Below are positions 51,541-60,414 of a DNA stretch of 64,000 bases, piece after piece (within the stretch, counting starts at the first letter, position 1; every line of letters starts with the position of its first letter). A model generated the notes under the pieces. It was not told where the DNA came from and made no database searches. It was given only the letters and a program-made list of their open reading frames with translations. A program made the translations under genes and the position numbers. Source of the stretch: Clostridia bacterium (lineage in GTDB: Bacteria; Bacillota; Clostridia; Christensenellales; Aristaeellaceae); assembly GCA_017431005.1 (NCBI GenBank), contig JAFRLY010000008.1, positions 3,337 to 67,336 on the forward strand, given 5' to 3'.

Positions 51541-51591
51541 TTGACAGGTTAGATCAATCTAATTATAATGTGCTGCGTTAGTAGGCACTAA
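51541..51591 (+). promoter_or_regulatory. Consensus sigma-A promoter of the feo operon with two DtxR/MntR-type boxes
   Basis: TTGACA-17-TATAAT; TTAGATCAATCTAA (51549-51562) in the spacer; TTAGTAGGCACTAA (51578-51591). Confidence 0.85.
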
Positions 51592-51637
51592 TTTCCGGTT
51601 CCTTTGTAATCGCTTCATGGTTCGGGGGTGTTTTGGA

Positions 51638-51850
51638 ATGATACCATTAAGCTATGCAAACCAGGGGGAAGAATCAGTAATCCGGAAAATCGGCGGAAGT
51701 CCGGAGGTAAAAAAGCATCTTGAAAACCTGGGCTTTGTCGTCGGCGGTACGGCAACCGTCATCACATCCCTTAACGGAAATGTGATTGTGAAGGTCAAGG
51801 AATCCCGTGTGGCCATTGATGAGGAGATGGCCCGGAAGATCATGGTCTGA
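51638..51850 (+). CDS. feoA: Ferrous iron transport protein A
   Basis: MIPL, HLENLGF, VKVKESRVAI, ARKIMV. Confidence 0.9.
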   Translation: MIPLSYANQGEESVIRKIGGSPEVKKHLENLGFVVGGTATVITSLNGNVIVKVKESRVAIDEEMARKIMV

Positions 51851-51867
51851 CAGAAGGAGGAAGGAAT

Positions 51868-52089
51868 ATGGGTAATCTGCGGGAGGTGCCGGTAGGCGGC
51901 ACGGTAAAGGTTGTCAGAATTCACGGCGAAGGCGCTGTGAAACGCAGGATCATGGACATGGGCATCACCAGGGGTGTGGAAATCAGCGTGCGGAAGGTTG
52001 CGCCGCTCGGCGATCCCATCGAGATCACGGTGCGCGGGTATGAGCTTTCCCTGCGCAAGGCGGATGCTGAAAGCATTGAGGTTGAATAA
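51868..52089 (+). CDS. feoA: Ferrous iron transport protein A
   Basis: RRIMDMGI, APLGDPIE, RGYELSLRK. Confidence 0.95.
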   Translation: MGNLREVPVGGTVKVVRIHGEGAVKRRIMDMGITRGVEISVRKVAPLGDPIEITVRGYELSLRKADAESIEVE

Positions 52090-52148
52090 TTTTTTGCCCG
52101 GTGGTTAGCCCTATTTAATCAGCTGCATATAACAGGAGGAGACGCACG

Positions 52149-54611
52149 ATGGATATTCGCATTGCTCTGGCAGGCAACCCGAACAGCGGAAAAACAACGT
52201 TGTTCAATGCCCTGACCGGCTCCAACCAGTTTGTGGGAAACTGGCCCGGCGTAACGGTGGAGAAAAAGGAAGGAAAACTGAGGAAGCATGACGGTGTCAC
52301 CGTCACGGACCTGCCGGGCATTTACAGCCTGTCACCCTATACGCTGGAGGAAGTGGTGGCCCGGAATTACCTGATCGGTGAGCGTCCGGACGCCATTCTG
52401 AACATCATTGACGGAACCAACCTCGAGCGCAACCTGTATCTGACAACACAGCTCGTGGAACTTGGGATTCCCGTGGTGGTGGCCATCAACATGATGGACG
52501 TGGTCAGGAAAAACGGCGACAAGCTGAACACGCAGGATCTCTCCCGCCGGCTGGGGTGCAGGGTTGTGGAAATCTCCGCCCTGAAGGGCACAGGGGTCAT
52601 GGAGGCGGCGGAAGCGGCCATTGAAGCCGCGAAAAACGCGAAAACGGTGCCGCAGCATACCTTCTCCGGTCCCGTGGAGCATGCCCTGGCGCATATTGAG
52701 GAAGCCGTCGTGCACAATCTGCCCGAGGAGCAGCAGCGCTGGTACGCCATCAAGGTGTTCGAGCGGGACGACAAGGTGCTGGAGCAGCTGAACATCGCTC
52801 CGGAAACCATGAAGCATATTGAGGCTGACATCGCCGCGGCGGAGAAGGAGCTGGACGATGATGCGGAAAGCATCATCACCAACGAGCGGTATGTATATAT
52901 CGCCCAGGTGATCAAATCCTGCTACCGCAAGCACAACACAGGCAGCCTGAGCACCTCGGATAAAATTGACAAGGTGGTCACCAACCGCTGGCTGGGCCTG
53001 CCGATCTTCGCGCTGGTCATGTTCGCGGTATACTGGATCGCCATGGTGGCCGTCGGCACGCCGGCGACCGACTGGGCCAACGACGGTCTCTTCGGGGACG
53101 GCTACCATCTGTTCGGCAGAGGCACCGCCGAATATGAGGAAGCGGCCGAACGGTACGGCGATACCGACGCGGTCATTGAAGCCTTTGCGGAGCAGTACGG
53201 CGTTGAAATCGATGCCGAAAACCCGGAGGAATCGCTGAACGCTCTGCTGGCCGCGACGCCCGATGACGCAAGCGTGACCTATATCACCCAGGATGAGGAG
53301 ACGCTGGAGACGGAAGAGCATCCGGAAACCAGCAAGGCGGATCTGGAAGCTGCCGTCGCGGAATACCTGAGCACGGAGGAAGGGTATAAATCCGATGCCG
53401 GCGCTCCCGATCCGGCGAATTACGGCACCTGGGTCCCCGGCATTCCCGCCCTGGTGGAAAGCGGCCTGGATAAAATCGGCGCCGCGGACTGGCTCAAGGG
53501 CCTGATCCTGGACGGCATTGTGGCCGGTGTCGGCGCGGTTCTGGGCTTCGTGCCCCAGATGCTGGTTCTGTTCCTGCTGCTGGCCTTCCTGGAGGCCTGC
53601 GGCTACATGGCCCGTATTGCCTTCGTTCTGGACCGTATCTTCCGCAAGTTCGGCCTGTCCGGCAAGTCCTTTATCCCGATGCTGATCGGCGTGGGCTGCG
53701 GCGTGCCCGGCATCATGGCTTCCCGTACCATCGAGAATGAACGCGACCGCCGCATGACCATCATGACCACCACCTTCATCCCCTGCAGTGCGAAGGTGCC
53801 CTTCATTGCGATGATTGCCGGCGCGATCTTCCATAAATCCGCCTGGGTGGCCACCAGCGCCTATTTCATCGGCATGGCGGCGATCATCGTCAGCGGCATT
53901 ATTCTGAAGAAGACAAAACGTTTTGCCGGCGAGCCCGCTCCCTTCGTCATGGAGCTTCCCGCCTATCACTGGCCGACGGTGGGCAATGTACTCCGGTCCA
54001 TGTGGGAACGCGGCTGGAGCTTCATCAAAAAGGCCGGCACCATCATCCTGCTCTCAACGATTCTGGTCTGGTTCCTGAGCCGCTTCGGTGTGGCGGACGG
54101 CACCTTCCGGATGCTGGAGGAGGAAGAGCTGGAGCTCTCCATCCTGGCCAGAGTCGGCGGCGTCATCGCCTGGATCTTCAAGCCGCTGGGCTTCGGTACC
54201 TGGCAGGCGGCTGTCGCCTCCATCACCGGCCTGATCGCCAAGGAAAACATCGTGGGTACGATGGGTATCCTTTACGGCGGAACGGAAACCTACGCCAACC
54301 TGGCGGCGGCCTTCAGCGGAATTTCCGCGTATGCCTTCCTGGTGTTCAACCTGCTCTGCGCGCCCTGCTTCGCGGCCATCGGCGCGATCCGGCGCGAAAT
54401 GAACAACGCGGGCTGGACCTGGTTCGCGATTGCCTGGCAGTGCGGCTTCGCCTACGCGGTCGCGCTGATGATCAATCAGTTCGGCAGGCTGTTCACCGGC
54501 AGCATGAATGTCGTCGGGCTGATCGCCGCCCTGGCCGTGCTGGGTGTGATGATTTATATGCTGTTCTTTAAGAAGTATCAGGAGGCCACGAAACTGACCC
54601 GGAAGGTGTGA
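52149..54611 (+). CDS. feoB: Ferrous iron transport protein B
   Basis: GNPNSGKT, GNWPGVTVE, DLPG, NMMD; membrane domain with GCGVP and PC. Confidence 0.97.
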   Translation: MDIRIALAGNPNSGKTTLFNALTGSNQFVGNWPGVTVEKKEGKLRKHDGVTVTDLPGIYSLSPYTLEEVVARNYLIGERPDAILNIIDGTNLERNLYLTTQLVELGIPVVVAINMMDVVRKNGDKLNTQDLSRRLGCRVVEISALKGTGVMEAAEAAIEAAKNAKTVPQHTFSGPVEHALAHIEEAVVHNLPEEQQRWYAIKVFERDDKVLEQLNIAPETMKHIEADIAAAEKELDDDAESIITNERYVYIAQVIKSCYRKHNTGSLSTSDKIDKVVTNRWLGLPIFALVMFAVYWIAMVAVGTPATDWANDGLFGDGYHLFGRGTAEYEEAAERYGDTDAVIEAFAEQYGVEIDAENPEESLNALLAATPDDASVTYITQDEETLETEEHPETSKADLEAAVAEYLSTEEGYKSDAGAPDPANYGTWVPGIPALVESGLDKIGAADWLKGLILDGIVAGVGAVLGFVPQMLVLFLLLAFLEACGYMARIAFVLDRIFRKFGLSGKSFIPMLIGVGCGVPGIMASRTIENERDRRMTIMTTTFIPCSAKVPFIAMIAGAIFHKSAWVATSAYFIGMAAIIVSGIILKKTKRFAGEPAPFVMELPAYHWPTVGNVLRSMWERGWSFIKKAGTIILLSTILVWFLSRFGVADGTFRMLEEEELELSILARVGGVIAWIFKPLGFGTWQAAVASITGLIAKENIVGTMGILYGGTETYANLAAAFSGISAYAFLVFNLLCAPCFAAIGAIRREMNNAGWTWFAIAWQCGFAYAVALMINQFGRLFTGSMNVVGLIAALAVLGVMIYMLFFKKYQEATKLTRKV

Positions 54612-54615
54612 GACT

Positions 54616-54786
54616 ATGCTGCAGGGAATCATGGATAACGCGGGGACCATTGCCGTCACCCTTTTGCTGGCCGGAATCGTCGCCGCGGCCATTGCCACGC
54701 TCCGCAGGGATAAAAGAAAGGGGAAATCCGCCTGCGGAGGAAGCTGCGGCTGCTGTCCGATGGCCGGCTCATGCCATAAGAAATGA
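54616..54786 (+). CDS. FeoB-associated Cys-rich membrane protein (not in the ORF track)
   Basis: Translates MLQGIMDNAGTIAVTLLLAGIVAAAIATLRRDKRKGKSACGGSCGCCPMAGSCHKK (56 aa). Confidence 0.9.
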   Translation: MLQGIMDNAGTIAVTLLLAGIVAAAIATLRRDKRKGKSACGGSCGCCPMAGSCHKK

Positions 54787-54792
54787 GCAATG

Positions 54793-54846
54793 AAAAGGAA
54801 GCCGGGAAACGGAGAAACTGCTCTCCGGTCCGGCTTCCCTTTTTTT
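54793..54846. terminator. Bidirectional terminator
   Basis: AAAAGGAAGCCGG...CCGGCTTCCCTTTTTT. Confidence 0.8.
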
Positions 54847-54863
54847 ATTCCTTTTCCGCGGTG

Positions 54864-55778
54864 TCATGCGTTAACGGCTTCCGCGTTTTCACAGCTGTCC
54901 CCGACGTAGTATTTCACGTGCAGCCGGTCCAGGAACTCCCGGATGATATTCACATGCACGCACTGGCCGACGTGCAGGAACGGCTGGTTGTTGACGATCT
55001 CCTCCCTGCCGTGGAGGATCATCTTCTCCTTTTTCATGTCAAAGCCCAGATGGAGATGATGGGTTCTCGACTGCATGCCGTAAATCAGGCCGTTTTCGGC
55101 GAACAGCGGTCCGCCGCTCTGCCCGCGCAGCCCGGGTGTGCTCATTTCGATGCCGGAGATTTTGCCGTCCGCCCCGGCGATATGGCGTGTGATCATTCCC
55201 TCAATCGGGAAAAAGGGCGTGCTTCTGTTCCCCTCCGCCGTCCAGAGAATGTCGTCCGCTTTTTCGTCGTAGGTAAAGTTGGAGAACTCCGGGAAAGGGT
55301 AGCCCAGCCGGCAGAGCATCTTCCCCGGCTGAATTCCGGAGGCATCCTTCAGAAAAACCGCGTGCCCCGTATGCAGCGCGGGCTCGCAGTCAAACCGGAT
55401 CAGGGCGAGATCATGCTTTTCCGACAGGTTGATGCTGAAGCTCTTCAGCCCTTTGACACCGTCAAAGGAAACCTTCATCTGCGCCGTGCGTTCCGGCGTC
55501 AGTTCATGTCTTCTCTCCGCGTGCTTCTTTTCCGCGCTGAACCTGCCGTCCTTTTTCAGCTGCGCCAGTTCCTGCCGGAAGGCTGTGTAATTCTGATTGA
55601 GGGATTCCGCCCGGATGATCTCCCTGGCAACGTGCGCGCAGGTCAGGGCATATCCGTCCTCATTGATAAAGAAAAAGGTGGCGGTGCCCGGAATGACGCG
55701 GGCTGACGCGTAGCTTCTGGAGATAAAGCGCACCGGCTTTGTGAAGGGGCTGACCTTCTGAATGGCTTCAACAAACAT
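54864..55778 (-). CDS. Trypsin-like serine protease, cytoplasmic
   Basis: LTCAHV (His), HDLALI (Asp), LGYP, GQSGGP (Ser); no signal peptide or PDZ domain. Confidence 0.85.
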   Translation of the reverse strand: MFVEAIQKVSPFTKPVRFISRSYASARVIPGTATFFFINEDGYALTCAHVAREIIRAESLNQNYTAFRQELAQLKKDGRFSAEKKHAERRHELTPERTAQMKVSFDGVKGLKSFSINLSEKHDLALIRFDCEPALHTGHAVFLKDASGIQPGKMLCRLGYPFPEFSNFTYDEKADDILWTAEGNRSTPFFPIEGMITRHIAGADGKISGIEMSTPGLRGQSGGPLFAENGLIYGMQSRTHHLHLGFDMKKEKMILHGREEIVNNQPFLHVGQCVHVNIIREFLDRLHVKYYVGDSCENAEAVNA

Positions 55779-55780
55779 GA

Positions 55781-56077
55781 TTAACCTTCTTCCTCCTCTT
55801 CCCAGTCCTCGATCTCCAGCATTTCCTCCTCAAACGCCGTGCTGTCCTCCCGGGTTCCGCCGAACCGGGCGCCGCACCGGGGGCATACCATGCTTCTTCT
55901 GCTGAACCTGGCGCCGCACGCGGAGCACTCATACTCATCCGCGTCAATATAATGGGGATGATCCACACGCACGGCCGCGCTCTTTCCGGCCGCGGGCGGC
56001 GTTCCGCCATCCTTTTGCCTTCCGAAAAGCGCCGCGAGCACGATCACCCCGATCACAATCCATATAAAAGCCGGCAT
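55781..56077 (-). CDS. Membrane-anchored zinc-ribbon protein
   Basis: N-terminal TM, CSAC...CPRC, acidic tail; RBS GGAGGG. Confidence 0.75.
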   Translation of the reverse strand: MPAFIWIVIGVIVLAALFGRQKDGGTPPAAGKSAAVRVDHPHYIDADEYECSACGARFSRRSMVCPRCGARFGGTREDSTAFEEEMLEIEDWEEEEEG

Positions 56078-56147
56078 TTCCTTCCCTCCGGATGATTCCT
56101 CTTCCCGCATATTAACTGCTTCCGGTCCCGGGCGCAAGCCCCGCGGC

Positions 56148-56957
56148 TCAGGAAACGCGCGGCAGTCTCACCGTCTCAAACCGGTCCAGCACCTCCAGCA
56201 TATCCTGCGGCAGGCGTTTCCGGCAAGCTTCCGTCAGCTCCTCCGGAACACCGTAAAACGCCTCCGCCATGCTTCCGGCGATGCAGGTCAGCGTATCGCA
56301 GTCACCGCCGAGGGAAACAGCCGTCCGGATCGCGTCCTCAAAATCCGTTCCCTCCAGGAATGCCGTGATCGCTTCCGGGACCGTTTTCTGGCAGCTTTCC
56401 ACGTGGCGGTAGGCCGGGCGGATCTCATCGCAGGTCCGGGAAAGGTCATAGCCGAACTCCCGGATGATATACTCCCGGATCTCCTGCTTTCCGCAGCCGG
56501 TCCGGGCCAGGAAGATCGCGGCGGCCGTCGCCTCCGCGCCCTTGATTCCCTCCGGATGGTTGTGCGTCACCTCCGCGGTCAGGCGGGCGATTTTCCTCGT
56601 TTCCGCCATCGTTCCGTACAGCCATCCCGCGGCGGAAGCCCGCATGGCGGAACCGTTGCCGTAGCTGCCGTAGGGCTCCCGGCTTTCCGACCTCAGCCAG
56701 CGGCCGAAGTTCCCTCCGTAGCCGGCATCGGGATATTTCTTTCCCCACCGGTGCATCGCGCTGACAAGCTCCTCCCGGACGGCGTCCTCCGGCGCGCCGG
56801 GGGCCTGCTTCATCAGGGCGTCGGCCACCGCGATGGTCATCACCGTATCGTCGGTGAACTGGCTTTCCTTCGTGAACAGCGGAAAGTCCTTGGTTTTTCC
56901 GCCCCTGTCAAATTCATAGGGAGCTCCGATCATATCCCCGAGTATCGCTCCGTACAT
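56148..56957 (-). CDS. ADP-ribosylglycohydrolase (DraG/ARH family)
   Basis: GAILGDMIG, FTDDT, SYGNGSAMR, THNHP, GGDCDT. Confidence 0.93.
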   Translation of the reverse strand: MYGAILGDMIGAPYEFDRGGKTKDFPLFTKESQFTDDTVMTIAVADALMKQAPGAPEDAVREELVSAMHRWGKKYPDAGYGGNFGRWLRSESREPYGSYGNGSAMRASAAGWLYGTMAETRKIARLTAEVTHNHPEGIKGAEATAAAIFLARTGCGKQEIREYIIREFGYDLSRTCDEIRPAYRHVESCQKTVPEAITAFLEGTDFEDAIRTAVSLGGDCDTLTCIAGSMAEAFYGVPEELTEACRKRLPQDMLEVLDRFETVRLPRVS

Positions 56958-57117
56958 TCTGTATTTTCTCCTCTGCTCTTCTGATGCTTACAGTATAGCA
57001 CAGCCTGCCGGGCAGGCGGTCGCCCGCCGGGCGACAAAAAGGCGGCATGCTCCCGGTAAAGCAGCCGGCGGCGCCGCACGCAGCGGCGCCGCCGGTTTTT
57101 CTGTCTCCTCCGGATCC

Positions 57118-58005
57118 TTACCGGAGCCAGGGCGCCTCATGAATCACGCCCGGATCGATATGCCACACATCCGGAGAGCCGGTGCGCAGCATCATGGCCT
57201 TCAGCTGGTTCGTCATGGCCGTCAGGACTTCCGTAACGCCCGCCGCGCCCTTTTCATCGTAGGGCTGCATCAGCGCCTTGCCCACGCTGACGGCGTCCGC
57301 GCCGAGGGCCAGGGCCTTGAAGGCGTCAAACCCGTCCTCGATCCCGCCGTCAATAATGAGGAGGAAATCCTTCCCCACAGCCCGGCGGATATCCGGCAGC
57401 AGCGAAACATTCGGCGCGGCCCAGCGCAGCAGCCCGTTGTGGTGGCTCAGAATGACGCCCGCGCACCCGATTTCCTGCGCGCGGACAGCGTCCTGCACGC
57501 TGAAGGCGCCCTTGATCAGGAAGGGCAGCTTTGTCGCGGCGATATAGCCCTTCAGCTCCTCCAGGGTCGGGAGCTTCATCTGGTATCCCACAACCACGGA
57601 GTCCGCGTCATCGTCCGCGTTGACCGCGTGCTCCACGTCCATGCCCACCGCCGCGGCCCCGTGCTCCTCGGCAAAGCGCAGGCGGGAGAAGATTTCCTCC
57701 TGGTCTGCGTAAGGCTTGATGATCTTGATGACCTTCGCGCCGGTGGCCAGCACCTCGCCCAGCTGCGCGTTGTCGCCCATGCCGATCTGGCACAGGGCGC
57801 CGGCGTCCCCGGCTCCCCGGGCGAAGTCCGCCATACCGCGCTTCAGATGGCTGAGCGCCGCCGTCATGATGGGCGTCGAAACCTCCTGGCCCAGGAGCGT
57901 TGTCCGGGTGTCGGGATGCACGGAACCGATGATCCTGCCCTCCACCACCAGGGAATCCAGGTATTCCCGCGCGATCCGGATGGAATCGCCTTTGATGCTG
58001 CTCAT
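57118..58005 (-). CDS. FMN-dependent alpha-hydroxy acid dehydrogenase family protein
   Basis: TPIMTA, FLIKG, SHHNG, DGGIEDGFDAFKALALGA. Confidence 0.85.
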   Translation of the reverse strand: MSSIKGDSIRIAREYLDSLVVEGRIIGSVHPDTRTTLLGQEVSTPIMTAALSHLKRGMADFARGAGDAGALCQIGMGDNAQLGEVLATGAKVIKIIKPYADQEEIFSRLRFAEEHGAAAVGMDVEHAVNADDDADSVVVGYQMKLPTLEELKGYIAATKLPFLIKGAFSVQDAVRAQEIGCAGVILSHHNGLLRWAAPNVSLLPDIRRAVGKDFLLIIDGGIEDGFDAFKALALGADAVSVGKALMQPYDEKGAAGVTEVLTAMTNQLKAMMLRTGSPDVWHIDPGVIHEAPWLR

Positions 58006-58230
58006 GCTGTTTCCTCCCTGACTGTTTATTTACCTGTCTTTGTTTTGCATATCAATTCGACAGGACGCCCGCCGAACCCTTCCGGAGTCAGAGAAAGACG
58101 GTTCTCCGGGCCCGGGAAAAATAGGCGCGCGTATTTTTCTGTTTCTGTCATATACTCTGCCGCGTCCCGGTTGTATAATCATCATCGTAAACACAGTGCT
58201 GCCCGGCGGGAAAAAAGGAGAGAATGAGTC

Positions 58231-58551
58231 ATGGCTGCTGTCGCCGTTTTGCTGGTCGGGATATTCTTTATTTATATATACAGGCATTACTGGCTGCCGC
58301 TGCTTTCCGCCAGATGGTACGGTATTGAGGCGGACGCGTATGTCAGCCGGGTCGAGCGGGAGGTCAGGCACGCCGGGGGCGCGGATTACCCCGTACAGTT
58401 TTACTATGTCTGTTTTCAGACCCTGAACGGGCTCGAGAATGAAGCCAGACTGCTGAACCCGAAAAAAGCGCTGGTACCGGGCAGCAGGCTCAGAATCCGT
58501 TATCTGCCCGACAGGCAGAATACCGCGGTCCTGACAGAAATCCTGAATTGA
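58231..58551 (+). CDS. Small membrane protein (DUF3592-like)
   Basis: RBS AAGGAG; N-terminal TM then beta-rich domain with GSRLRIRYLP. Confidence 0.6.
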   Translation: MAAVAVLLVGIFFIYIYRHYWLPLLSARWYGIEADAYVSRVEREVRHAGGADYPVQFYYVCFQTLNGLENEARLLNPKKALVPGSRLRIRYLPDRQNTAVLTEILN

Positions 58552-58628
58552 TAATCCTGCCGGTATATGGTAAGATGGCCGCAGCAAAACCGAACCAGAT
58601 GAATATTGATCCGGAAGGAGACACAGCC

Positions 58629-60038
58629 ATGAAAAAGCAGGTGTTCAACCCTTATCTTCCCAGCTATGAGTATATCCCCGACGGGGAGCCCCGGGTGTTT
58701 GACGGCAGGCTTTATATCTATGGCAGCCATGACCGGTTCAACGGAAAGGTCTACTGCGCCAACGATTATGTCTGCTGGTCCGCGCCGGAGGACGACCTGT
58801 CCGACTGGCGCTACGAGGGCGTGATTTTCAGGAAAACCCAGGATCCGCGGAATCCGGACGGAGCGCACGCGCTGTGGGCGCCGGACGTATGCCGGGGCAA
58901 CGACGGCAAATATTATCTCTATTACTGCCTGGACTTCCTGAAGGAAATCGGCGTTGCCGTGGCGGACAAACCCACGGGGCCCTTCACCTTCCTGGACTTT
59001 GTGCGCCGCAAAAACGGCGAGATCCTCGGCTCCCGGCCGGATGAGATCCGCCAGTTCGACCCGGGCATCTTTATCGATGACGACAGGCGGATCTACCTTT
59101 TCTCCGGCAACAGTCCCCGCTACAAGCAGACCCCGACGGACAAGGACAGCCTGAAAATGGAGCTGGAGCAGGACATGATCACCGTGAAGGACGGCCCTTA
59201 TCATAACCTGCCCATCATCAACGACGCGGACGGTACGGAATATGAGGCGCATCCCTTCTTCGAGGCCAGCTCCATCCGCAAGATCAACGGAAAATATTAC
59301 TTTATCTATTCCTCCTGCTGGATGCATGAGCTCTGCTGGGCCGTGGCGGATTCCCCGCTGGGAGACTACCACTTCGGCGGCGTGCTGGTCTCCAACGCGG
59401 ACATCGGCGTGAACGGCAACACGGAAGCCATGAATTACCGCGGCAACACCCACGGCAGCGTTGCCCTGGTGAACGGAAAATGGTATGTGTTCTATCACCG
59501 GCAGACCAACCGTCATTTCTTCTCCCGCCAGGCCTGCGCGGAGGAAATCGTCTTTGACGGCAAGGCCTTCCACCAGGCGGAGATCACCTCCTGCGGCCTG
59601 AACGGCGGTCCGCTGAAGGATGAGGGCTGCTATGAAGCCCGCATCGCCTGCCACCTTTTCAGCAGAAACGGCACCACGGAGAGCCTGCCCGATCAGCAGA
59701 ATGAAAACCATCCCGCCTTCACCCAGGAGGGAGAGGACCGGGAGGACAATCCCAATCAGTACATCAGCAATATGGTGGACGGCGCCACAGCCGGCTACCG
59801 CTATTTCGACTTCCGCTCCGCGAAGAAGATCACCGTGGAAACCCGCGGCACCTGCGAGGGCGAAATGGTGGTGCGGGACGGCCGCGGCGGACCGGTCGCT
59901 GCGCGCGTGAAGGTTGCGCCCTCGGAAACCTGGACGCTGCATTCCGCGCCTCTCACCATCGGCGGCGGAAAGCGCGCCCTCTACTTCACCTTTGAAGGCG
60001 CCGGCGCGGCGGACTTCCTTTCCTTCCGCTTTGACTGA
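58629..60038 (+). CDS. GH43 xylosidase/arabinofuranosidase with C-terminal CBM6-like domain
   Basis: NPYLP..EYIPDGEP, WAPD, FDPG, FFEASS, GNTHG; C-terminal GYRYFDF. Confidence 0.9.
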   Translation: MKKQVFNPYLPSYEYIPDGEPRVFDGRLYIYGSHDRFNGKVYCANDYVCWSAPEDDLSDWRYEGVIFRKTQDPRNPDGAHALWAPDVCRGNDGKYYLYYCLDFLKEIGVAVADKPTGPFTFLDFVRRKNGEILGSRPDEIRQFDPGIFIDDDRRIYLFSGNSPRYKQTPTDKDSLKMELEQDMITVKDGPYHNLPIINDADGTEYEAHPFFEASSIRKINGKYYFIYSSCWMHELCWAVADSPLGDYHFGGVLVSNADIGVNGNTEAMNYRGNTHGSVALVNGKWYVFYHRQTNRHFFSRQACAEEIVFDGKAFHQAEITSCGLNGGPLKDEGCYEARIACHLFSRNGTTESLPDQQNENHPAFTQEGEDREDNPNQYISNMVDGATAGYRYFDFRSAKKITVETRGTCEGEMVVRDGRGGPVAARVKVAPSETWTLHSAPLTIGGGKRALYFTFEGAGAADFLSFRFD

Positions 60039-60090
60039 AGCGGCGGAAATGAAGCCTGTATAGAATAATACATGGAAGGATGAGAAAACT

Positions 60091-60321
60091 GTGGCGGATG
60101 AACTCTTTGAACTGTCTTCCGGGCTGTTTACCGGTGATGAGATTGACGATATGGAAGCTTTCCAGCTGGACGGTCTGTCCGCGGAGGAACTGAAGGCTTA
60201 TCTGGATAAGATCCGCAGAACCCTGAAGGAGGTCCGGCTCGAGGAGCAGCGGTGGAAGCAGCGGACCAACCGTCTGCTCGACATGAAGGAGGAAGCCGAA
60301 GCGCTTCTTGAGGATCTGTAA
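60091..60321 (+). CDS. Small acidic coiled-coil hypothetical protein
   Basis: 76-aa ORF, GTG start, typical codon usage. Confidence 0.55.
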   Translation: MADELFELSSGLFTGDEIDDMEAFQLDGLSAEELKAYLDKIRRTLKEVRLEEQRWKQRTNRLLDMKEEAEALLEDL

Positions 60322-60414
60322 CGGCCATTGCGGGCAAACCGGTTCCCGGATATCTCAAGGTCAGGTATAAGTCGCCGGGGAACGTCCCCGGGACTCAAAA
60401 CATAAGGAGGGTTT

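Noticed and set aside
54608-54793. 61-aa tracked ORF after feoB
   Set aside because: Wrong frame; the real gene is the 56-aa Cys-rich protein at 54616-54786.
57003-57100. Cluster of three GC-rich hairpins as a REP/CRISPR-like array
   Set aside because: The hairpins differ in sequence and are not regularly spaced; consistent with terminator and intergenic structure.
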